From positions 4,340,001 through 4,404,000 of the forward strand of contig JBHGNT010000010.1 of the NCBI GenBank assembly GCA_043228905.1: a stretch of DNA of 64,000 nt, in the 5' to 3' direction. Shown piece by piece: positions 41,281-54,474 of this stretch. Position numbers and translations under genes: made by a program. Origin of the DNA: Azolla caroliniana (taxonomy: Eukaryota; Plantae; Polypodiophyta). Below the pieces are notes generated by a model. That model was given only the letters and a program-made list of their open reading frames with translations. It had not been told where the DNA came from and made no database searches. Every line of letters starts with the position of its first letter. Position 1 is the first letter of the stretch.

Positions 41281-42699
41281 TATGGTGTTGGGAAATATAA
41301 TTCTCTTTGCAATCAAATCTGTCACGTTTGGAAAACAATTCTCTTTGTTATACCCAACAACTTATTTTCATTTTCATCGTTGTCCAATTCGTCATATTGT
41401 CAAACTTATTGGAATCTCAATGAATTGCTAGAAAAATATTGCCACAAATTATATTCTTGTATCAACATGTCATGCAATGTTTACAATATTTCTCATTTTC
41501 AAATGTTGCTACTTTGAGAGAGATATTTTATTATCATATCCAAATTCCAATCAAGAATATGTATTTATTTGATTTAAAAAATGTATAACCATACCCAAAT
41601 TAAGAGCAATGTAAGTCATAACTCCACCAAACCTAGAAGCCTTGGGGAATCATTCATGTGCAACATACGTATTAGTTATTGATGACAACACAAATATTGG
41701 AACCACAAGCAAAGGAAATTTTACATCCCTTGATATTATGCAAGAACCACATTGAACATGCTCATCCTTAAGGCCATTTGATGATGCATTATAGTATTTC
41801 AGTTTGAACATTAGGCTATATGATTTCTATAGTGCACCTTGTGCTTAAGCTATAAGGCCATTATGTCCTTTTGCAATCTACTACTTAGAAATCACCATAC
41901 AAAAGGGACATGTAAATTACATTTATTTCATTCCATAGATTTTTGAAACACAATAAATTTTATTTCCTTGATTTTAGAGGATGAAGTGAAATCCCTTTTG
42001 AAACACAATATAATACTAGATATTGTTGATGATATGGAATCGGCCTCAAGTGTCTAGATCATGTGATTGTGGCTATAGTAAACAATATTAGCATGATTTG
42101 GAAGCTCTCTTGCATACAAATGCCACATACCCATGTTATGTGGATATGCCTAACCTTCATGGGGGGGTTGTCCATTCATAATCCAACTCACATCATCTCT
42201 TACCATTGGACCATCTAGCCTGGACTTTGTGCATTGTGCAAACCACTCATGTATTTTTTCTAGTAAGTGATAAAATTGAGATGTTATCATGTCCAAATTA
42301 AACCCGTTGTCTCAACTACATGTTAAACACTCGTAGATATAGCATGGGATGCTATAAACAACTTGGTGGACATTGGTTAGCTTTGATGAGTTAATTATTA
42401 AGCCTATGATTATGTTTCCTTTTAATTAATAGTTTTTAATAGTTTTTATTAGTATTCGATAATAACAAACCCCATGCCAATACTCAATACTAGAGATGTT
42501 AGATATAATCAATGATCAACCCCAAGTTGTCAAATTTATTTATTTATTAAACAAAACTACACCATAGTTTCCATTACCAATCCAATAAGCGTATACAAAG
42601 CATATAATGATACAAGCTAATGGAGCGTAAGACAACAGAGAAAAGGTATATCCCCCACTATATCATAATTGAAACCAAACTCCACCTATAGAGGAAACA

Positions 42700-45600
42700 A
42701 CCGTCGAGGGTGTACATATTGCCAAACCATTTTGTCATTTCTCTCCACAAAGACGAACAAATCCTTCCACTTGCCTTTAAAGGATTGTTGTTTCAGAAAA
42801 ATGGTATCTTCATTACCAGTGAAGGAGTCATATTAACCTTTTAAAATTGAAATAAGCATCGACCAATTTTCCTTCACACAATGAACAAGATTTTGCTTTA
42901 TTTGCTAAAACACATTTTTGCATAGATCTATCCAATTATTCCATTGAACCACTGATGATATTGGAGCCCATACTATGGCATCCACATTCAAGCAACTTGA
43001 GCTTGAATATGGTATGTCCTTAACTTGCCTTCCCCTAGTTTGAACGGTAAATAATATCTTTTCCCTTTCATAGTTATGCTTATCCACATTTACATCCATC
43101 CAAAAGACATTTCCCCATGTAACCACATTAGGTCCATACACAACATCAATGAGGCGCAACATACGTTTCCAAACAGAACATGCATCCTTATAGTTCCATA
43201 AGACATGTTGCATTGATTCCAAATGAAACCCACAAAAAGAGTAAGTTTTGATTCCCGCTTACCTATGCATCCATTCGAAGACTGGAAGTGGATAATGGAC
43301 ACATAACCATCTAAATGTAATGATTTTGCGAGGAATCTGCAGAGCCCACAACCATTTCGAAAACGCCAAAACCGATTGCATAGGAATATTATTACTCAAC
43401 CATACCTTAGCTGCAATCGACATAATTGGATTCTTCCTTCGTTAGAATTCCCTACCTAATTTTACAAAGTAGTCAAAGAAAGAAACCATCTTACCATTAG
43501 CATCTCTCCACCATCATTCCATTAGATTCCACTCTAACTCCAATAAGGGTTTACTACCACAAACCCAAATATCCCATAAAGGGTTTACATTTTTAGGATG
43601 GGGATCAATAATACATATCTTCCCTGTTTTTGCAACCAGCCTAATAGGCTTCCACTCCACTAAATTGAGAAGGTCATCCTCCATAGAGACCCATTGCAAT
43701 TTTCCCACCAAAACTATTACATATTCTAAGAAGGATTCATTAGATGTATAAGCTCTTGCTCCAATCAAGACATTAAAAGAAGAGAATGCCCCGTACCATA
43801 CATGCACAAGATTAGGTAGCAAACATTTCCAAGCTATTAACAAAGAGTTACAAAATTTATCCGAAGTGAAAATAGAAGTCAACGGCATATCCTCTTGCAC
43901 AAACCACCACCTCACATTTCGCTTCCAATGTCCACCTCTAAATGGAACCAATTCCTTCATACGTTCATGAAGTAACAACTTCCATGGCTCATTCCCTGGT
44001 AACATACTTCTCACAACAAATTTCCCAAGTAATGCTTTACATTGAAAAATTGGGTTTATCAACCCTAAGCCGCCCTCATGAGGAGGAGATATTATCACCT
44101 TCCACGCAACTTTAGATATTGCATTTGCATTAGATGCGCCCCATAAGAAATTGTGGACAAGCCTCTGTACTTGAGAGAGCACAAATCTTGAAAACAACCA
44201 AGATGAGAGGATATACCACATCAAAGACAGAAGCACTTGATTAGCAATTACAAATCTTCAAGCCAATGATAAATGCCTAGAAGACCAAAACAACAATTTC
44301 TTCTTTAATGACATCAACAAGGGGTCAATAAGTTGATCATGTGTAATATCAACACCAATTTGACAACCAAGATAGTGTACTGACATTCCATGTTGAAGCC
44401 ATTGAAAATCCGGATGGGTCTTATTCCAATGGACTTATTCCAATTGATAATAGCACTTGATAGCTCACAAAATTCTTGCACCATGCATTGAACATTATGC
44501 AAATTCTATTCTTCCCCATCCACATATAATGTTGTGTCATAAGCAAATTCATTACCAAGCACTTGCTTATTATCGAATCCCCATTACAACCCTTTAATTC
44601 TTAAGGCATGAAAAGCCTCAACTATTAATAAGTATAGGAAAGGGACCAAGGGACACCCTCGCCTAACCGACCTTGAAATATAGAAAGGAGCATCAACTTC
44701 TCCCGCCGCATGTACGAAACTAGATGCATTCTTATACAAGGCTCTTACCGCCACTACCCAAGCCATTGGAAATCCTAGTTGTAATATAACTTCCTCAAGA
44801 AAGACCAATCAACTCTATCGTATGCCTTTTCGAAGTCCAACAATAGCACCACTAGGTCAACATCCTTCTCCTTTGCCAAAGTTGTAAGCTCCTAGAACAT
44901 GAAAATGTTATCATAAATAGAACACTCTTGCATAAAACCCTTTTGTGATTTATGAATAATATCATTCAATAAAGGTTGCATACATAAAGAAAGGTCTTTA
45001 GCATAAATCTTATAGATAATATTCAGAATAGTAATCGACCACTTCTTAATGTCAACTACTACCCCCTCCAATTTAGGAAAAAAAAAAAAACCTACATTCC
45101 ATTGATAAGGCATGTCACCCAAAGTAAATACCTCTTGTAACGCTTCCATTACACCGAGTCCAATGTGATCCCAATAGCAAATAAAAAATTTAGGAGAAAA
45201 ATCATCGATGCGAGGATATACATTCTTAGCTAAGGCCTCAATTGCAGCATACACCTCATGAACATTAAAAGGTTTAACTAATTCGTTAGCCATAGAAAGG
45301 TTAACTTTCTTCTTCATAACACACCATAATGTAGATCTTAAGGCCAATGGCTCATGCGTAAATTATTGCCTAGTTAGCATAGATTTATAAAAGTCAGAGG
45401 CAATTCTCCTCATCTCAACATCATCCGATGTTAATAATCCATCCTCCCTCTCTAATTGCCTCATCACATTATTAGTACGACCAATATGATTTATACGAAA
45501 AAATCAGCATTAACCTTATCTGCAAGATGAGACCATTTCGTTGAGGATGTAAGAAATTTGTGTTGAGCTATAACATCCTCGAATTGTTGCATCTCAACAC

Positions 45601-46286
45601 GTGTTCAATGCAATTCAACTCCAACCCACATAGCCTATGGGTTCTTCTCCTGTAGTTTTTGAAGAGCAACAATCATCCGCCTAGAAGCTAGCATCTTTTG
45701 TTTGGCCTCTTGTAATTGCAACAACGCTTTATCCTTAAAAATGCAACAATTAAATACAAAGCCTTTTGCACCTTAGAAATTATAGATAGTTGTGCCCCCA
45801 TCTCATAATTCCATATACCCAAATCTGGACTTCTACAAATATCATTCAAAAAGAATGATACATTAATTTTAGTGGAAACCCTTCTATGTTTTTAAAACCT
45901 AACCAACTTCAAAATCACCGGAGGATGGTCGGAAAATAAAGAACCCCCAATAATCCCAACTTCTCCTCCACTATCATTAAAATAATCATCTACATATATC
46001 CAATCTAACCAAGATAGATTAACCCCTAATTAACGTCTATCCGATCTAGAAAGTTATAATGAACCACTAAGTCTATGAAATGAGGGGAGGTGTCAAGCAT
46101 ATTGTATCCTCAACAAGAACCATAACATCTCCCAAGATGCCAATTCACAACCTCCAAGAACAACATTAAAACCACCCACTCTATCCCCTACAACCTCAAT
46201 CATATTAAAATCACCACCCATGCACCAATGCTCAACATGCCCAAGTTGTCAATTTATCCCCATATGTACTCTTAGAGTGCACATTT
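42700..46286 (-). mobile_element. Degenerate L1-like LINE ORF2 (EN, RT, C-terminal region)
   Basis: SDHPPV endonuclease motif near 45925; YKIYAK; LDFEKAYDRV; SRSVRRGCPLVPFLY; GGLGLI; ESMQHVLW; many stops and frameshifts. Confidence 0.85.
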
Positions 46287-47330
46287 TGTGATAGCGCCCC
46301 AAATGAGGAGTAGCTATTGTGCAACCCGACCATATGGGTCGTTAAGGTGTCAATCTAGGAAACCGTTGATGGGTAAGACACAATGTATTTACGAAAGAGT
46401 GAAGTAGGCTCATAGGACTGACTAATTACATCAACGAGAAGAATATTTCGAGGGCAAGTTATGATGTACTTAGTCTTGAAGTATGTGTCATTGTCTTTAA
46501 GATAAGTACTATCTAGCACTAGCTTGTATCTAGGAAGTTGGGTCATATTAAATGACAAGTCAGTTGACAAAAAATGAATATAATCCACTCTCTTACACAA
46601 TGGTTGTGACTATTATCGGTCCCCACTCATTTTGTAGTGAGCTAGTTCAGAGCCCATCTAAGCTCGAAGGTGTGAGTGCATGGGTGAACTACCATTGTGA
46701 GCTACTCTCATATGTATATCCATCTATCCATAAGTTTTTTTCCATATATCCATCTCTGTTATTGTAACTCTATATATCAATCTAATCAATTCTCAATCTT
46801 TCTAACAAGAGAGAGACCAAATCTAGTGAGAGAGCTTTAAACTAGCAATAAACAACTAGACTAAATCTAGATGAGCCCAAAAAATGAGTTGAATGCTTCA
46901 ACTCTACCACTTCGTGACAAGTTTGTAAATATTGCAACAATATCTCATCTTTTACTTGCTTTGAAATATAGCAATCTCATCGAGATAATAATATTCCCAA
47001 CTTTGCCAACACTTATTGTAATACATAGTCTTCTTTTAAAACATATAATCTAACCTCATCCACCCCTAGTTTTTATTCCACAAATTACTCATTATAGGAT
47101 AATTTAGATGTTTATAGTCTATTGCTACTTTCTTTATTGTTTATATTCCTTAATCTATTCTTTCTTTTCTATTGTTACAACTCTTTATTTGTCTTGAACT
47201 GTCGTGATAGCCTATACATAGACCCCTTGCCTCATATGTGCATTGTTGGTCGTCCAATTTGCTTTGTAAATTTATACTTATAAATTATTGTAAGTTAGAT
47301 AATGGACAATTTTGGCAATTAACAATTAAT
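46287..47330 (+). mobile_element. LTR-like insertion truncating the LINE endonuclease
   Basis: TG start at an abrupt break in the LINE frame; TATA near 46770; right end and TSD not found. Confidence 0.3.
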
Positions 47331-47559
47331 CGTTCCAGATGATTGTGTAATATACCATGATGTAAATCTCATTGATGATCTACAAAAGAATTTATTTAGG
47401 AATGAGGACAATGCGAGTGAGAGGAAATTTTTCTCCTTTATTATAGTGGCACCTATATAACTATGTTCTAACACCCTACGAAGGTGACATGATTAAGAGA
47501 ATATGATTAATTAAATATTTATATGCTTTCTCTCTCTCTCTGCCTTGAATGTGTGTAAA

Positions 47560-47820
47560 GATTCAAATATCTTGGCCTTGAAGTTCCTTCAAATCATAGA
47601 TGGAATGAATGTGCTACACGCCACTTAGAGGCGGGTAAGCGAGCATACTATGCATTTGAGAACACATGCAATCTTGGAGATATTAAGTGTTGGGTCCTCA
47701 AGAAATATCTTTTCGACACTTTGGTGACACTGGTTCTTCTCTATGGGGTGGAAGTATGGGGTGGTAGCATCCCTAAATCTATGTGGAAATAGTTTGAAAA
47801 TGTCCAAAAACATTTTCTTA
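47560..47820 (+). mobile_element. RTE-like LINE fragment
   Basis: AGKRAYYAFENTC...KKYLFDTLVTLVLLYGVEVWGG...ENVQKHFL, cut off at ~47820. Confidence 0.65.
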
Positions 47821-48146
47821 ACACTGGGTCATTTGAAACAGGTAATATGTCGCATTATGAGAACACTACGTCGAAAAAGGGCACAAAAGCACGCAGTTTT
47901 CAAAAAGACACGATGCATGCGTAAAGCTTTTCAGAAAAGGTGGCAAAATATATTGAATTTCAACATGACTACCACTTTGAGGCATAAGTAAAATGCCTCC
48001 AAAAATACATCACCAAAATTACAAAATAATGTACAACATGTCTACCAGTTACAATTATACATATTTGTGAGTTTACATCCAAAACAAATTTACAAAGTTT
48101 CCGATCATGTAGTAAAACAATCCCCAGCTTGAACCAAACCAATATA

Positions 48147-51100
48147 TTAAGACATGTCTGATGGACTAGAAGAGCATTCTGACGTCTCATCCTCATCATC
48201 AGTGGCAATCAAAGCATTATCCTCATCCAATTCCAACCCAACATCTTTGTGGTTATGAGAATTGCTTCTGGTTATTCTCTGTATTTTGTTTGACACCATG
48301 TTTGGGATTTTCTCCTTTATTATCTTGATAGTTGCTTGTCTCAGATGACCTGATTTTGTCAATGAGAAGTCATATACTAGTATGTCAACACGGTCTAGTG
48401 CGAGAGTAGCCGTGCTCGGTATATTCTTTCTTCTTCTCTTTCTGCTTGAACATCCGACATCCTTAACCATCTCTAAAGAATACTTTCCTGTAAATGCATC
48501 AAGTGAATTTGTCTGATACCAGTGGACTACTATTGACTTTGTCTGACTACTTTCTTCATCCCTTACTAATTCAATAATTTTTGCAATCCAAAATGGATGG
48601 CCCAAGGTATCGTCCCCTGCTAATGTTGCAACCAACATTCCCACTTGTAGTTCTTGCAAATTACCTTGCCATCTTGCCTCAACAGTACGTTGTCGTGCCT
48701 TTCGGCTCCGGATCGTTGCGTGAGTCGGGTGGGAACCGCCGAGGTTTTGGACTAGGAGAAAGAAGAATATGAGATAAGGCTAGTAATGAATATATTATTA
48801 GAAAGAGAGATAGAAATTTCGTGAATCCCACGAGTGTATTGTAATCGATTAATCAATATTTAGATAAAATATGTATTTAGATTGAAAGAAAGATATAAGA
48901 AACTTGTGAATCCCACAAGTATAGATTATATTATTTTCGTGAATCCCACGATTATATTAATCGGTTGGTGTTTTCGGAAATATATCCAATTTCCAAATAT
49001 TTCACACACCTATTACATTGTGCTCCCCATCCTTATATAGTGATGGGAGAGACTAAGCATAGCTACATGCTTTTTTTCTAATATGTTCATGCACACTAAA
49101 TGTGCATGTGATGCTTTCTTAATCCTTGCTTTTATTTGCTAAATATAGTGCTCATGCACGCTAGATGTGCATGAGTCACTTTTTAGTTGCTTGCGTTTTT
49201 CTATAAAATATTCACGCACTCTAAAAATGCACGATTTACCTTTTAATAAAGGTAGGTGCAAATAAAGCACTTATAGTTATTAAATCTATTTGTAGAACAC
49301 TAAAGATAAGGTAGCATAATGGTAAAGTTGAGGTTTGGCTATGTGGAGGTACAAGGTTCAAATCTTGCCCTATGCACGTGATAAATATCTTGATATTCTT
49401 ATTTTATTTATTGGTGATAAATATCTTGATATTCTTATTTTATTTATTTATATGTAATTAAATCGGTTATATTATTTTTACTTTTTCACGTAGTGTACGA
49501 AATACACTACGACACTCGCCCCCTCCGAACCCGCACATCCTCCGGTATGTGCCGAAGTTGCCGATGCTCGTTGTCTCCCCTTCATCCTCCGTTTGTCCCG
49601 CTATGTCAACTTTGTCTCTCCATTTTGAGTAGACCCATTCTTTTCACCCGAACCATTGTCGCCATCCGATCCACCATATTCTTTGTTCTCTCTCGTCATA
49701 TTCTTGGCCCTTGTCATTCGTGGTAGTGTCTTTTACTGGCCTCTTTCTTGTCTTCATCAACCTTGACTTTTTTCCGGATCGCTCTCGTCCGATCGACTTT
49801 CGGTTTGATCGGCTTCCGATCGGATTCGTATTCGGCCGAATCGGAATCGGTTGTTTGGTTTCGATTGAGTCGGTCTCCTTCCGACCCGGTTTCGATCTAT
49901 CGGTTTCGGTTTTGGTTGGCTTTCTTTTCCTCGTTTTCACCAGCCTCGACCGGTCCAACCTTCGGTTGAGTCGGATTAGCTTCTTTCCGGATCGGTCTCG
50001 TCCGATCGGCTTTCGGCTAGGTCGGCTTCCATCCATATTTGCGTTCGGCCAAGTCAGACTCGGTCGATCGGTTTTGACCGAGTCGACCCCTTTTCAGGTC
50101 GGCTTTCTTTTGGGTCGTCTTTCGACCGAATCCTCATTCGCCCGGTTCGGCTTTCTTTCGGGTCGACTTTTGGTCGAATCCTCTTTTACCCGGTTCGGCT
50201 TTCTTTCGGATCGGAATCCCGTCCGGATCACCTTCCATCCTAACTGGCTTCCGACTTTACCTTTCTTGCCGCCACCTCCCGTCTCTCCGGTCTCACGTTG
50301 GTTCTCGGACACAACTGCCGAAGTCTCTAGAATTAGTGGGTAGGAATCCTCGGTATTATCATCCTCCATTGTTTCACCCATAGCCATATTCTCGGCTATC
50401 TCTCTGTCGTATGCATCGACTTCGACCTTTGTTTTCTCTCCGCCACCTTCCGTCTCTTCGGTCTCACGTTGCCTTTCGAACGCAACCGCCGGAGTCTCTG
50501 GAATCAGTGGTGGAGAAATCTCAATATGGCCATCCGCCATTGATTCGTCCATAGCCACCTTCGATTCGATGTCATCTTTCTTGGTGACCTCCTCAATCAA
50601 GTCCTCTTTGCTCTCTTTCATTGCATCAATTATGCTTACCCCTTTTTCACCCGATGTTTCGGACACTTGTATTCTGAAATCTTCTTCTACACTTGGGTTA
50701 TCGGCCTTATCCTTCGTCATTGTTCTTTCGCAAGACAAGAGGGTAGCTTGTTTTACACCCTCTTCCGTCGGACCATCATGTTGTATTTCGGCCTTCATAT
50801 CGGCTCCATCGTTTGTCTTCAATCGACCATCCTTCATCGGCCATGTCGTTGACAAGATTCTCATCTTCCTCTCATCATGTCTCCGGCATACCCTTTGGAC
50901 TTCGGCCCAATTTTCGGTAAGACCATTCGTACCGTTATCGTCTTCGAGTTCAATCCCGATGTCCTTCCTTTCTTTCCGATCAATCGATCTTACGAACATT
51001 AGGACTTTGTCCTCCCCCACCAATCTTTGTTCTTGCTCTGAGAGTCGCGCAAAACGATGCTCGAACTCTAGGAATGCTTGTGTTGCACTTTGGTGGGTCT

Positions 51101-54100
51101 TCTCCGATGCCACCCATTCGTCGAATTTTCGCCGATCTTGTCCCTTTGATCTCTTGTAATCATATGCCTCTCGTAAAGCTTCTTCGAATGACCCCCATGT
51201 CGAGTTTTGTTGCCGTATCTTGTGGATTCTCTCTTGTAGCTCATCCGTGGCCACCCGATTGAAGGATGTCACTTGCAATCCTTCCGGTATCCCACATCGT
51301 ATCATCTCCGCCTTGTAGTCACGTAGATAGCATGACACATCGTTTCCGTTGAATTGTCCGTTTCGTTGTACGAGCCGCTTTACTGCCCCCGTGATCTCCG
51401 ACATCACTCGTTGTTCTTGTAGCATCCGCTCGAACATCATCATCATCGTTATGCTCATTGCCTCTTGTTGATTCTCCATCTCCTTGCCACCCGCCTTCAC
51501 GTCGGGTTCACCAACTGTGTCGTGCCTTTCGGCTCCGGATCGTTGCGTGAGTCGGGTGGGAACCGCCGAGGTTTTGGACTAGGAGAAAGAAGAATATGAG
51601 ATAAGGCTAGTAATGAATATATTATTAGAAAGAGAGATAGAAATTTCGTGAATCCCACGAGTGTATTGTAATCGATTAATCAATATTTAGATAAAATATG
51701 TATTTAGATTGAAAGAAAGATATAAGAAACTTGTGAATCCCACAAGTATAGATTATATTATTTTCGTGAATCCCACGATTATATTAATCGGTTGGTGTTT
51801 TCGGAAATATATCCAATTTCCAAATATTTCACACACCTATTACATTGTGCTCCCCATCCTTATATAGTGATGGGAGAGACTAAGCATAGCTACATGCTTT
51901 TTTTCTAATATGTTCATGCACACTAAATGTGCATGTGATGCTTTCTTAATCCTTGCTTTTATTTGCTAAATATAGTGCTCATGCACGCTAGATGTGCATG
52001 AGTCACTTTTTAGTTGCTTGCGTTTTTCTATAAAATATTCACGCACTCTAAAAATGCACGATTTACCTTTTAATAAAGGTAGGTGCAAATAAAGCACTTA
52101 TAGTTATTAAATCTATTTGTAGAACACTAAAGATAAGGTAGCATAATGGTAAAGTTGAGGTTTGGCTACGTGGAGGTACAAGGTTCAAATCTTGCCCTAT
52201 GCACGTGATAAATATCTTGATATTCTTATTTTATTTATTGGTGATAAATATCTTGATATTCTTATTTTATTTATTTATATGTAATTAAATCGGTTATATT
52301 ATTTTTACTTTTTCACGTAGTGTACGAAATACACTACGACAACGTGACTTTCTTGGTCCCACATAAATATCTCTTTGCAGTGGCCGAACTAAATCATGAA
52401 GCTCCATATTATTCGATTGTTGGTGATGAGTCTGCGATATCGTTGATGTCATCCCAATGTTCCATGTGAATGGGATACAGATTGGCCATAAACCGACGAT
52501 GTAATTATCTAAAATGGTGTGTTGATGGGTGAAGAAAATCTCCCACCATTCAACATCCTCATCACCGGCATACTTCTTAGTCCGATCAATATTATTTTGT
52601 TTCTCTGCTAGACATCTCAACCAATATGCCCTTTGTTCATCAATAGTACTATTTGGTGCTACATTTTTACGATCATCATATGGCATTTGTTGTGCACCAT
52701 GTAGAGGTTCATCTGGGATATGAAGAAGGAGCCTACAACCTTCTTGGGGCTCCCATTGTGCACTAGATGAGTATTGTTTCGCAAACAACACCGTCATCTT
52801 CAGGTGGGCCGATCTTTGTTTTATGAGGAAGACATGGTTGAAACTTATATTATTAAGAGGTGCAAGCACCCTACCTTTAGTCCCGTCACTATCCATGCAG
52901 AAACGTTTAAAGTCGTATACTTCTTCCAAGTGTTGTACTTCAGGCTTTGGTGTATATGCTTCACTAATCAATTTGGATAGCGTGGGAAGTGTGAAAGCAT
53001 TACAGCGAGCAAGTTTCTTTGAGAACCTACTGAACATTTGATCTATGTGATCATGGGTATGACCAACCAACAAGAAGTTAACCTTTATCTTTTTAAATAT
53101 GCCCCTCTCTACTAGCATGCTTAGATAGCCGAAGACAGTTGAGTTCTTATTCTCTCTTGCTGTGTTGTCTAGTTGCACATATAGAACTGGCGGGAGTATA
53201 CCTGACCATGATTGCAATACCCTGTGCATGACAGTGACAGTAAGATTAGGGTCGTTGTGGATATTGGGATAAGTTAAGAACACTTGCGGTCTTATAGTTT
53301 GACAATATGTCAAACAACCCACTAGATGCATTTGCACGAGACACTCATCTCCAATATCCTTGGGGAGTCTTTGAAAATGCGGCAAACAAGTTTTCTTTTG
53401 ATCCATGCCGTCAATAATCATGCACATATACTTTTCGGGAGATTGAAACACTTTTTGTCGGTGATGCATAGCCTTAGTATGTTCCAATGCCTGACTTTCA
53501 CGATGTTCTTTTAACAGGTTCTTGTAATTCTTGATCTCTACATCTGATTTTCCACCCTTGGCCATACTTTTTAAACTCGCACATATTGAGCAGACTCCCA
53601 TTCGCACCTTTCGTGGGATAACCACGTTATTAAATTGTAACCTCCATAGTCGATTAAAATGCATGTACTGTATGTAAGGCTCAACATCGGAAGACATGTC
53701 GTCCTTGTACGATTGGTAAACTTCCCTTCGAGTAAAGTTATCTGACAAATGAAGTCTTCCTGTCGTTGGCATAACTTCGCACTGTTTTGAAAAATATACC
53801 TCCATCCACCTAATTGCCTGTTGCCCAATTTGACCCTTACATCCAGAACCATTTTGATCGAACTGTACCCAGGAGCCCTTCAGAAGTCGCTCTTGAACTC
53901 GTTGCAGCCGCATATTTCCAATGCTATGAGTGATTTTAAAAGCTGCTCGACAACACTTGGTATTTAGTCCAAGGAAATATTCAACTTGCGTTGAATTAGG
54001 CCCTGCTTTGTGATCCAATTTAAGTTGCATATGCGCAAGAAGAAATGTATCTTGCTCTTCCCCATTAAGCGACAAGTATTTTTGTCGTGTTTCACGTAAC

Positions 54101-54474
54101 CTTGACTTTCCATAAGTTGATAGACAGAGATTCGCACAACACGATTTGTTCAAGTCGCATAGAAGTTGACGATCAGAACATAAGAAATTAAATCTCTTTT
54201 CACTAACTTGTCGAGGAACTCTTTTAAATGCTAGAGGTTTAGTAATGCTATTGTTATCTATCGACGAAGAATCGTCCGCTTGTAAGCTTGCATGAAGAGA
54301 GCCATCAACAGGATCAATTGAAAACAGAGAATTCGAAGTACTAGGAGCCACACTTTTCTGTTTAAGCTGCGAATGTTTTTTGTGGTCGTACTCTTCTATT
54401 GAGAAATACGAGTTGTCTGACAATGAAAAGGGGGCAATAGAAAAAAGAGATGTTCTACTTGTAGAAGAAGACAT
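48147..54474 (-). CDS. Transposase, ~890 aa when 54474-52342 is joined to 48686-48147; interrupted by an LTR element
   Basis: CC...C and CxxC clusters; IIDGMDQKKT; LYVQLDNTARENKN; FLLVGHTHDHIDQMFS. After removing the insert and one TSD copy the frame reads GPRKSR|TVEARWQGNLQEL with no stops. Confidence 0.85.
49312..49364 (+). promoter_or_regulatory. Pol III type-2-like A box/B box within the LTR, antisense to the element; copies at 52139-52191 and, on the minus strand, ~54878-54930 and ~61308-61360
   Basis: TAGCATAATGG fits TRGCNNARYGG; GGTTCAAATC B box ~33 nt downstream. Confidence 0.6.
50094..51479 (-). CDS. Gag-like protein with acidic, repetitive C-terminus; no pol
   Basis: N-terminal half closely matches the gag at 55505+ (QRNGQFNG.DVS.YL.DYKAEM...GLQVTSFNRVATD); C-terminal half has a duplicated PL..ET.AV...QRET.ETGGG unit. 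Confidence 0.85.
   Translation of the reverse strand: MENQQEAMSITMMMMFERMLQEQRVMSEITGAVKRLVQRNGQFNGNDVSCYLRDYKAEMIRCGIPEGLQVTSFNRVATDELQERIHKIRQQNSTWGSFEEALREAYDYKRSKGQDRRKFDEWVASEKTHQSATQAFLEFEHRFARLSEQEQRLVGEDKVLMFVRSIDRKERKDIGIELEDDNGTNGLTENWAEVQRVCRRHDERKMRILSTTWPMKDGRLKTNDGADMKAEIQHDGPTEEGVKQATLLSCERTMTKDKADNPSVEEDFRIQVSETSGEKGVSIIDAMKESKEDLIEEVTKKDDIESKVAMDESMADGHIEISPPLIPETPAVAFERQRETEETEGGGEKTKVEVDAYDREIAENMAMGETMEDDNTEDSYPLILETSAVVSENQRETGETGGGGKKGKVGSQLGWKVIRTGFRSERKPNRVKEDSTKSRPERKPNRANEDSVERRPKRKPT

Larger units (their letters stand above)
48691..52341 (-). mobile_element. Non-autonomous gag-only gypsy-family LTR element; 824-bp LTRs (48691-49514, 51518-52341); 4-bp TSD ACGT
   Basis: LTRs differ by about one base; TGTCGT..ACGACA termini; PBS 51496-51513; PPT GGAGGGGGCGAG; TSD at 48687-48690 and 52342-52345. 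Confidence 0.93.

Noticed and set aside
41630-42420. Possible decayed retroelement coding remnant
   Set aside because: No motif could be read with confidence
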